64,000 nucleotides of DNA from Candidatus Cloacimonadota bacterium (GTDB lineage Bacteria; Cloacimonadota; Cloacimonadia; Cloacimonadales; WRIO01), in assembly GCA_029553545.1 (NCBI GenBank), contig JAKPKU010000170.1, forward strand, positions 4,621 through 68,620, written 5' to 3'. The notes below the pieces were generated by a model. The model did no database searches and was not told the DNA's origin. It saw nothing but the letters and a program-made list of their open reading frames with translations. A program made the translations under genes and the position numbers. Positions 10,265 through 18,030 of the stretch are shown here, one piece after another (positions within the stretch are counted from its first letter, which is position 1; every line of letters starts with the position of its first letter).

Positions 10265-10299
10265 CCCTTGACATTCCCCTTGCTATCTTGGAGAATGAA
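10265..10299 (+). repeat. Partial copy of dispersed hairpin repeat family P
   Basis: Core cattccccttgctatcttggagaat identical at 63142-63166 and, inverted, at 44035-44059. Confidence 0.85.
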
Positions 10300-10402
10300 C
10301 GGAAAACTAAAGGACATCAAATAGTAATGTAAAGAGATTAATAGCTATCTTTTAAAAGATACTTTTAATATAATAATCAGATTTTTATTCTTTGCCAATA
10401 AA

Positions 10403-10576
10403 TTAGTTACCTGTTTTTTTTACGCTTCTGATTATTACATCATCATTTGGATATTTACTCTTTGCGATTTCAATTGCTGAACTGTCTGATTCTGCCTGCG
10501 TAGATATGATTCTAACTGTCCCGCCGCCTGTCGCTCCCTTTTTTCTTTGAAGTATTGTCACTGAATACTTTGCCAT
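10403..10576 (-). CDS. Small hypothetical protein, 57 aa (absent from ORF track)
   Basis: MAKYSVTILQRKKGATGGGTVRIISTQAESDSSAIEIAKSKYPNDDVIIRSVKKTGN; GGAG RBS; TTGACA-17-TAGTAT at 10637-10609. Confidence 0.65.
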   Translation of the reverse strand: MAKYSVTILQRKKGATGGGTVRIISTQAESDSSAIEIAKSKYPNDDVIIRSVKKTGN

Positions 10577-10671
10577 TGTCTTATCTCCCTTCTTTCAATA
10601 CTATCTCAATACTAAAAGAAATTTTTTATCTTGTCAAGAAAAATATTGTTTGCTACTGCATTATCTTTTGC

Positions 10672-10764
10672 CTTTAGCTTCGCTGCGGGTATCGTTTAAA
10701 AAAATCGGTAGATTTTTTTAAACGTACCCACAACTATCCCTAGTTGTGCAGCGAAGCTAATTTC
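10672..10764. repeat. 93-bp REP/REPIN-like branched hairpin element, left of RAYT
   Basis: Inverted copy of 11776-11868 with 4 mismatches; outer stem agcttcgctgc/gcagcgaagct enclosing two hairpins. Confidence 0.9.
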
Positions 10765-10825
10765 CAGTTTTGAATTCCTATTCAGTGCAACCAGCGATAG
10801 TTGTTCATATGCTTGCTGTACAGTA

Positions 10826-11476
10826 TTACAGAAAAATATCATCTAAGTTCATCACATAAACGCCTGGCCAGTCATTATAATCTTCGACTAAGCCAGCCTT
10901 TACAGGATTATTTAGGATATAGTTCAATTGATTAAAATAATCCTTTTCATTTCTTATTACATGATCATAGTATTCTTCTTGCCAAAAGGGTTGCACGTAA
11001 TGTGGGAGCTCCGTAAATGCTCCAGAGGTATGTCTTTTGAATGAGAAGATAATTGTCGATAACGGATGATAGGACTTCTCATTAAGTTTTAATGGCTTAA
11101 GCAATATATGAACATGATTCGACATGACACAAAAGGCTATTAAACGATATTTATCTCCATCCATAAAGAATAAAGTCTCTTTAATAGTATTCAAATAAAT
11201 GGGTTCAAGTAGGTTAATTGGGTTTTTATGTCTCGCCAAAAAATTGTCATATTTCTCGAAGTTTTCTCTATGTTTCTTCCTCTTTAACTCATTAACTTCA
11301 TTTTCTTCTTCATCTAATTCTTTGGTATCGTTATACTGTTGTAGCAATTTAATTGATTCAATTATATGGCGGGGCAGGGTAAAGTTCAATCTGATCGTAA
11401 GAGCCAAAACAAAGCCCTCACGCTGCATATGCGGAAGCTTCCTCTTAAAATAATTTTTAAACTTAAATTTACTCAT
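10826..11476 (-). mobile_element. REP-associated tyrosine transposase (RAYT; HUH/Y1, IS200-family-related)
   Basis: RKLPH..., AFCVMSNHVHILL (HUH), FWQEEYYDHVIR, LNYILNNPVKAGLV (catalytic Tyr); flanked by inverted hairpin elements. Confidence 0.88.
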
Positions 11477-11621
11477 TTAAAACACATTCCTCTTTTTTTT
11501 TACTCAACGATTTATTAACATGTTTAATGTTATTTGTCAAGATAATATTTTTGCTTTTTATCAAATATGTTAGCCTAAATATGCTGATAACTAAGCTGAG
11601 TTGATGGCGGTAGAGCAATTT

Positions 11622-11675
11622 GCTTCGCTGCACAACTAGGGGAAGACAGAACTGAGAGCTGAGAACTGAGAGCTG
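11622..11675. repeat. Partial REP copy plus 2x14-bp tandem (agaactgagagctg)
   Basis: gcttcgctgcacaactaggg matches the flanking element; 14-mer at 11648 and 11662; gaactgagagct also at 57217. Confidence 0.7.
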
Positions 11676-11775
11676 AGTTGGCTGGTAATTTCATTTCATG
11701 AAATTGTTAGGTTGCTTTTGAGCGCGGCCGAGACGGGCGCACCCAATTCTGTCAATAAGCGATAGATTTTTTTCT

Positions 11776-11868
11776 GAAATTAGCTTCGCTGCACAACTAA
11801 GGATAGTTGTGGGTACGTTTAAAAAAATCTGCCGATTTTTTTAAACAATACCCGCAGCGAAGCAAAAG
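11776..11868. repeat. 93-bp REP/REPIN-like branched hairpin element, right of RAYT
   Basis: Inverted copy of 10672-10764. Confidence 0.9.
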
Positions 11869-11913
11869 CTCCCTCCAATTTCACTGCGTGAAATTGAAGA
11901 TTGACTCTATTTA

Positions 11914-12082
11914 CTTGTTCGTAGTTGTCCATCGCACGTATACAAATAAGGCTATTTGTATTTACAAAGCCAGATTATTGGGAATGAGAGATTTCTTTTT
12001 GGCTTGTTCGTAGTTATCCATCGCACGTATACAAATAAGGCTATTTGTATTTACAAAGCCAGATTATCGTGAATGAGAGATT
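11914..12082. repeat. 2 x 89-bp direct repeat with perfect 9-bp hairpin
   Basis: Copies start 11914 and 12003; atacaaata-aggc-tatttgtat in each. Confidence 0.9.
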
Positions 12083-12136
12083 ATTAAAAAGAAGTCGCAA
12101 CATCCTTTAAAAAAACCTTTCACAAATGTGAAAGCT

Positions 12137-12232
12137 CCTAACCCGCAGCGAAGCGAGGACCCTAACCTTCGACGAAGTCGAAGTACCTAACCTTTACGAA
12201 GTAAAGTACCTAACCCGCAGCGAAGCGAGGAC
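12137..12232 (+). repeat. Array of four 23-25-bp units: CCTAACC + GAA-triloop hairpin
   Basis: Units start 12137, 12161, 12186, 12209. Confidence 0.85.
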
Positions 12233-12238
12233 CAAAAG

Positions 12239-12569
12239 GTGTGTTGTTCAAAAAAAAGTTGATTGTCTTGGTCTGTGTGCCATGGAACTGTTTGCCAAAG
12301 ACTTTAAACCTAAGTGTGTTGCAGTGTGTTGTTAAAAAAAAAGTTGATTGTCTTGTTCTGTGTGCCATGGAACCGTTTGCCAAAGACTTTAAACCTAAGT
12401 GTGTTGCAGTGTGTTGTAGTGTGTTGCAGTGTGTTGTTAAAAAAAAAGTTGATTGTCTTGACCTGTGTGCCATGGAACTGTTTGCCAAAGACTTTAAACC
12501 TAAGTGTGTTGCAGTGTGTTGTTAAAAAAAAAGTTGATTGTCTTGACCTGTGTGCCATGGAACTGTTTG
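12239..12569. repeat. Tandem repeat, ~85-bp unit, 3 full + 1 partial, with variable number of agtgtgttgc 10-mers
   Basis: gttgattgtc anchor at 12258, 12343, 12448, 12533 (periods 85, 105, 85). Confidence 0.92.
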
Positions 12570-12605
12570 TGTTTTGTTATAGTGTGTTACCGTGAGTTGT
12601 AAAAT

Positions 12606-12704
12606 AAAAAATCACCTCTAAACCCGCTTGTAATAGTCATCTGCTGATTTAGGTGAAAATAGTTTTCAAAAAACACCATTTTTTAAGCCCTATATATATA
12701 GAGG
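12606..12704 (+). repeat. Dispersed ~100-bp element family Q, copy 1
   Basis: Aligns with 63332-63429 and partially with 57268-57337. Confidence 0.85.
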
Positions 12705-12814
12705 GTGTTGTTCCGAGATGAGAATATTTCTGAGCATGTTCATCATTATATAAAAAGTGTTGACAAAAAATGATGATTTAATATTTTAAACACAATACTT
12801 GAATAAGGGATAAT

Positions 12815-13633
12815 ATGAAAAAGAGTTTTTTTATAGTAATATTGGCAGTATGGATTTCATATTCTTTTGCAGACATGATTATCACACGCCAGGAGGGTAA
12901 TAATTTGTCGCAGGAGATCTATGCTAAAGGAAGGTTTGCAGAGGTAATAAACAACCGTGTAGTATCAGTTTGGGATTTTAGAAATATGCAGCTGACCTTA
13001 GTTAATTATGATATCAAGTCTTATACGCAGATTAGTTTTGATAACTTAAAAGCTGAGATTGCCAGACAGACAGATGCAGAGATACAGATTGAATTAGAAA
13101 ATCTCGATGATGAGACTAAAAGATTGATGATTGAGTCCACTAATACGCTATTTGCAGGACTTATACCACGTCTTGACATTATTAGAGACACTGTTATGAT
13201 AGCAAATTATCCAAGCCTTGAATACAAAGTATTGAACGACACTTTATTAATTCAAAGAATATGGATTTCTAAAAAAGCGAGAGAAGATATTGCAAAGGAA
13301 ATACCGATAGAATCAATGAAGCATGTGGAAAGCATTTTTAAAGAAAAAAGATCAAAACACCTTGGTGCATTGGGCTTGCATGTTGATGGAATTACGCAAT
13401 TGGTAGAGGCTGTCGAGCAGAATGGATATATCATGAAACGCTTTGATTATGGGATAAGAACCAAATCTAATCCCAGCATTTATAAGACAATTGAATCGAT
13501 TCAAAATGAGATCACAGATATAAGTCATATGACAGTTGATGAGGCAATCTTCCTGCCACCGAGGAATTTTAAGAGTTTAAAATACAATGACTATCAGATT
13601 AGATTGATGAAATATTTAGAATCACTTGAATAG
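12815..13633 (+). CDS. Exported hypothetical protein (possibly DUF4412-like)
   Basis: Signal peptide; beta-rich N-terminus; DEAIFLPPRNFK C-terminal motif; TTGACA at 12760. Confidence 0.6.
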   Translation: MKKSFFIVILAVWISYSFADMIITRQEGNNLSQEIYAKGRFAEVINNRVVSVWDFRNMQLTLVNYDIKSYTQISFDNLKAEIARQTDAEIQIELENLDDETKRLMIESTNTLFAGLIPRLDIIRDTVMIANYPSLEYKVLNDTLLIQRIWISKKAREDIAKEIPIESMKHVESIFKEKRSKHLGALGLHVDGITQLVEAVEQNGYIMKRFDYGIRTKSNPSIYKTIESIQNEITDISHMTVDEAIFLPPRNFKSLKYNDYQIRLMKYLESLE

Positions 13634-13789
13634 ATTTACAGATTTTTCAGATCTTTAAACTCTTTCATTAGTGTATTGATAGTATGATGAAAAGTTTTTT
13701 AAAGATTTTAATACAATTTGTTGACAGAAATGACTAAAAATAAAATATTGATTATGAAAAAGATAAAACAATGATGCAACGGGGGAAAG

Positions 13790-15844
13790 ATGAAAAACTA
13801 CGAAATGAATGCTCTTAGAAATATTGCTTTTATAGGCTCAAGTGGAGCTGGTAAAACAAGCTTGATTGAACAAATGCTTTATGTAGCAAAAATGACTAAT
13901 CGCCTTGGCAAAATCACAGACGGAAACACAGTGATGGACTATGACCCAGACGAAATTGAAAAGAATATCTCATTAGGCATGGCTATTGGATATGCTGATT
14001 GGAAAAACAAAAGAATTAATATAATTGACACCCCTGGTTATGGTGATTTTATCGGCGATCAAATAGCAGCAACAACTGCAGCAGATACTGTTGCAATCAT
14101 TGCCAATGCAGTTGGTGGATTTGAAGTTGGATTAGAAAAGTCTTTAGAAATACTTGAAAACAGAAAATCTGCAAAGGCAATTATCGTTAATAAAATGGAT
14201 TCAGAACATGCAGACTTTTTTAAAGTATTAGACAGCATTAAAGAAAATACAGGCATACACATTGCTCCTGTTATGGTACCAATGGGCAAAGAAGCGACCT
14301 TTAAGGGCGTAATTGATGTGATCAAAGGTAAAGCAATTATCGATGGCAAACTTGCTGATGTGCCTGCAGAATTTGCAGATGAATTGGAAGAAGCTAAAAT
14401 GGCTTTGATGGAAGCTGTTGCAGAAACAAATGAAGAATTACTTGAAAAATTCCTCGATACAATGGAATTATCAAACGATGAATTAGCAAATGGCTTGAAA
14501 TCAGCTCTTGCTAATGCAAATATCGTACCTGCATTCTGCTGCTCTGCAAGCACTGGCTATGGTGTTGATGCGCTCATGGACGCAATTATTGAATATTTCC
14601 CATCTCCAGAAGATAAAAAAGAAATGACCTTCTCTGAAAATGGTCAAGCAAAACAAATCATTTGCTCACCAAGTGGCGACTTATTGGCTTATGCATTCAA
14701 ATCAGTAGTTGATCCAAATATGGGCGAAGTTGCTTTTGTACGTATTTATTCAGGTACACTCAAATCAGGTATGGATATTTTTATCCCAGAAAGAGATCAG
14801 AAAGATAAAGTCTCTTCTATGTACTTTTTCCAAGGCAAAAACAGAGCAGATGCAAGTGAATTGAAAGCTGGTGAAATTGGCGGTTTGGTTAAATTAAAAG
14901 TAGCACGTGGACTCAACTCCATCGTCGCTGTTAATAGCAAACTCTCATATCAAAAAATCGAATTACCAAGCGCTGTTTATTGGCAGTCAATCAGAGCTGC
15001 AAATCAAAGCGACGAAGATAAAATAGGACAAGCATTGTCTAAACTCTTAGCAGAAGACCCAACCGTGCAAGCTAATATTAATACAGAAACACATGAAAAC
15101 GTTCTGTCTGCAATGGGTGAACAACAGGTTGCCTTGATTCAAAAGAGATTAAAAAGCAGATATAAAGTTGATGCACTATTAAAAGCACCTAAGATTCCAT
15201 ATAAAGAAACAATTATGGGCAAAGCTGATACTAAGTATCGTCATAAAAAACAATCTGGCGGTAAAGGACAATACGGTGAAGTTTATTTCCGCGTAGCTCC
15301 AACTGGCAGAGGCGAAGGTTATCAATTTATCAACTCAATCGTCGGTGGTGTGATCCCTGGCAACTTTATTCCTGCTATCGAAAAAGGTATTGCAGAGACT
15401 ATGGAAAAAGGTATTATTGCAGGCTATCCAGTCGTAGATATCAGTGTTGACTGCTATTTTGGTAGCTATCACGATGTTGACTCTTCAGAAATGGCATTCA
15501 AAATCGCATCATCAATGTGTTTGAAAGACGGTTTCTCACAAGCAAAACCTATCCTTCTTGAACCTATCCATGAAGTTGATATCATAATCCCAACAGAATA
15601 TATGGGCGACGTTATGGGCGATATTTCAACCAGACGCGGCAAGATTAATGGTATGGAACAAGATGGTAAAAAACAAATCTTGAAGGCAAATGTGCCACTA
15701 TCTGAGTTGTTTGCATATTTTCCAACTCTTAAGTCTCTCACTCAGGGTCGCGGTATGTTTACACAAAAGTTTTCACACTTCGAAAAGGTTCCTGATGAAA
15801 TAGCTAAGACAGTTATTGAGGCATTTAAAAAAGAGGAAGAATAG
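13790..15844 (+). CDS. fusA: Elongation factor G paralogue (EF-G2-like)
   Basis: Five-domain EF-G layout, KKQSGGKGQYG, GSYHDVDSSEMAF; non-canonical G1 GSSGAGKTS and DTPGY; not in str operon. Confidence 0.9.
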   Translation: MKNYEMNALRNIAFIGSSGAGKTSLIEQMLYVAKMTNRLGKITDGNTVMDYDPDEIEKNISLGMAIGYADWKNKRINIIDTPGYGDFIGDQIAATTAADTVAIIANAVGGFEVGLEKSLEILENRKSAKAIIVNKMDSEHADFFKVLDSIKENTGIHIAPVMVPMGKEATFKGVIDVIKGKAIIDGKLADVPAEFADELEEAKMALMEAVAETNEELLEKFLDTMELSNDELANGLKSALANANIVPAFCCSASTGYGVDALMDAIIEYFPSPEDKKEMTFSENGQAKQIICSPSGDLLAYAFKSVVDPNMGEVAFVRIYSGTLKSGMDIFIPERDQKDKVSSMYFFQGKNRADASELKAGEIGGLVKLKVARGLNSIVAVNSKLSYQKIELPSAVYWQSIRAANQSDEDKIGQALSKLLAEDPTVQANINTETHENVLSAMGEQQVALIQKRLKSRYKVDALLKAPKIPYKETIMGKADTKYRHKKQSGGKGQYGEVYFRVAPTGRGEGYQFINSIVGGVIPGNFIPAIEKGIAETMEKGIIAGYPVVDISVDCYFGSYHDVDSSEMAFKIASSMCLKDGFSQAKPILLEPIHEVDIIIPTEYMGDVMGDISTRRGKINGMEQDGKKQILKANVPLSELFAYFPTLKSLTQGRGMFTQKFSHFEKVPDEIAKTVIEAFKKEEE

Positions 15845-15868
15845 TATTCCCTATGATAATTATACAAG

Positions 15869-15909
15869 AAACACTCCCCTCTTTATAATAATTGGGGAGT
15901 GTTTTTTTT
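15869..15909 (+). terminator. Intrinsic terminator
   Basis: aaacactcccc...ggggagtgttt plus T-tract. Confidence 0.7.
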
Positions 15910-15945
15910 AACAATTTAACCATTTTATAAAACAACGGAGGAACG

Positions 15946-16695
15946 ATGTCAGGACACAATAAATGGAGCTCAATTAAGCATAAAAAGGGCGCAGCAGATG
16001 CAAAAAGAGGTAAGATCTTTACCAGATTAGTAAAAGAAATAATTTTGGCAGCACGTGATGGTGGAGGCGATTTATCCACTAATCCACGCCTAAGAACTGC
16101 AGTCCAAGCAGCAAGAGGCGCAAATATGCCAAAAGATAATATCGATAAAGCAATTAAAAGAGGCACTGGTGAAATAGAAGGCGTAAGCTATGAAGAAATC
16201 ACTTATGAAGGCTATGGACATGGCGGCGCAGCAATTATCGTCGATACAATGACTGATAATAAAAATCGTACAGTGGCAGAAATTAGACATGCTTTTTCAA
16301 AGTATGGGGGCACAATGGCAGAAAGCGGCGCTGTGTCTTGGAACTTTGAGCAAATGGGATTGATTGAAATTGATGCTACAGGACTTGAAGAAGATGAAGT
16401 GATGATGAATGCGCTGGAAGCAGGTGCTGACGACGTGCAAAATGATGACGATGTTTTTTCAATCTATACACAAGTTGCAGAATTTAGCAAAGTCATTGTA
16501 GCAATAGAAAATCTCGGTTATAAGATCAATAAAGCAGAATTAACCAGAGTGCCAAAATCAACAATAAATGCAGACGATGTTGCAGAAAAACTGCTCAGGC
16601 TGATTGAAAAGCTTGAAGATTTAGATGATGTACAAAAAGTATACTCTAACTTTGATATCTCTGATGAAATCTTTGAAAAAATCAATCTTGATTGA
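15946..16695 (+). CDS. yebC: YebC/PmpR family protein
   Basis: MSGHNKWSSIKHKKG, NPRLR, YEGYG, DDVQKVYSN. Confidence 0.96.
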   Translation: MSGHNKWSSIKHKKGAADAKRGKIFTRLVKEIILAARDGGGDLSTNPRLRTAVQAARGANMPKDNIDKAIKRGTGEIEGVSYEEITYEGYGHGGAAIIVDTMTDNKNRTVAEIRHAFSKYGGTMAESGAVSWNFEQMGLIEIDATGLEEDEVMMNALEAGADDVQNDDDVFSIYTQVAEFSKVIVAIENLGYKINKAELTRVPKSTINADDVAEKLLRLIEKLEDLDDVQKVYSNFDISDEIFEKINLD

Positions 16696-16789
16696 TAGTT
16701 GATAAATTGTGAGTGTTTTTCTGTAGAAGAACACATTTTTAAACAGTTAAACATTCACATTTTTTACTTATTTTAGCAGATTTATTAAC

Positions 16790-17278
16790 ATGATAATCAT
16801 GGGAATTGACCCTGGCAGTCGTAATTGTGGTTATGGGTTTTTAGAAGTAGAAAAGCATAAGATACTTGCTGCAGGCTGTGGCGTGATCAAAAACAAAGAT
16901 CAAAGCCCCCTTTCAGAGCGACTTTTGATAATATATAATAAATTAAAAGCGCAAATTGAAGAAAACAAACCAGATGTGGCAGCTGTTGAAAGTATTTTTT
17001 ATGCAAAGAATATCAAGTCAAGCTTTACTCTCGGGCATGTGAGAGGAGTGATCTTGCTCCTTTTAGCAGAGTATGGCATACCTTGTTATGAGTACTCGCC
17101 GCGCGAGATTAAGCTCTCTGTAGTGGGTTCTGGTAGTGCTTCTAAAAAGCAAGTTTTATATATGATTCAATCAATACTGCAATTAAAACAGACCATTATC
17201 ACTTACGATGCCTCAGATGCACTTGCCATAGCAATGTGTTTGTATAATAGAGAAAAGCTAAACCTTTTTCATAGATGA
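16790..17278 (+). CDS. ruvC: Holliday junction resolvase RuvC
   Basis: GIDPG, AVESIF, G.G.ASKKQV, DASDALAIA. Confidence 0.95.
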   Translation: MIIMGIDPGSRNCGYGFLEVEKHKILAAGCGVIKNKDQSPLSERLLIIYNKLKAQIEENKPDVAAVESIFYAKNIKSSFTLGHVRGVILLLLAEYGIPCYEYSPREIKLSVVGSGSASKKQVLYMIQSILQLKQTIITYDASDALAIAMCLYNREKLNLFHR

Positions 17279-17338
17279 TAAATATTTGTTATTACTGTAA
17301 AAAAGGTTTGACTTAAAAAGAAAAGTGTGTTTAACTAA

Positions 17339-17381
17339 TATTATGAAACATAATAGTAAAAAACGATTATATTTCATAATA
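17339..17381. promoter_or_regulatory. 16-bp inverted repeat upstream of ruvA (candidate operator or leader hairpin)
   Basis: tattatgaaacataat-N11-attatatttcataata (1 mismatch), downstream of TTGACT at 17308. Confidence 0.4.
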
Positions 17382-17415
17382 GTCGTGGTTTAAGAGTAAA
17401 TTAAAAAGGAGCGCT

Positions 17416-18030
17416 ATGTTTGCATATCTTTCTGGTATATTAGCTGAGAAATCTCCAGGACTGGTAGTTATAGATTGCAATGGTATTGGTTATGAACTTC
17501 GGATTCCAATGAGCACATTTGACGTTTTGCCTGATATAAATGAAAAAGCGAAATTGTTTACCCATGTACATTTTAATACAGAAGATGGTAATCGTCTTTT
17601 TGGCTTTTTTACCACACAAGAAAAAGACCTCTTTAAAATACTTATTACACTCAATCGTGTTGGACCACGCACAGCTCTGTCTATATTGTCAACACTATCT
17701 GTTGTGGATTTTGTGACCTCTATTCACACAAGTAATCACAAACTTTTGGCAACAACACCAGGTTTGGGCACTAAGACTGCACAAAAAATGATAATTGAGT
17801 TAAAAGATAAAATCAATCAAATAGATGTAGGCACTGTTAGTGCTGAGCAAATTGAACAATTAGGCGAAGATAATTATAAAGAAGCAGAAGCAGCATTAAC
17901 AACACTTGGTTTTAAAGCATATGAGATTTCGAAAGCCTTTCGTGAACTAAGATTTGCAAAAAAGGCAACCACACAAGAAATCATCAAACAATCAATCCAA
18001 TATCTTTATCAAAAAAGGAATGAGTTATGA
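17416..18030 (+). CDS. ruvA: Holliday junction branch migration protein RuvA
   Basis: GIGYE, LFGF, VGPRTALSIL, PGLGTKTA HhH motifs. Confidence 0.95.
   Translation: MFAYLSGILAEKSPGLVVIDCNGIGYELRIPMSTFDVLPDINEKAKLFTHVHFNTEDGNRLFGFFTTQEKDLFKILITLNRVGPRTALSILSTLSVVDFVTSIHTSNHKLLATTPGLGTKTAQKMIIELKDKINQIDVGTVSAEQIEQLGEDNYKEAEAALTTLGFKAYEISKAFRELRFAKKATTQEIIKQSIQYLYQKRNEL

Noticed and set aside
10219..10320. N-terminal extension of ORF 9652-10320
   Set aside because: Overlaps the family P repeat; better RBS at the TTG at 10218.
11721..11743. GC-rich gagcgcggccgagacgggcgcac as a separate REP family
   Set aside because: Single imperfect copy in the window; cannot be supported without a genome search.
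12160..12167. Telomere-like CCCTAA
   Set aside because: Single chance match within the CCTAACC tag, not tandem.
12137..12569. CRISPR array
   Set aside because: Units are near-identical or too short, there are no unique 25-45-bp spacers, and no cas genes are in the window.
12210..12595. Four overlapping repetitive ORFs
   Set aside because: By-products of the tandem repeat on both strands; no RBS, and the 85-bp period is not a multiple of 3.
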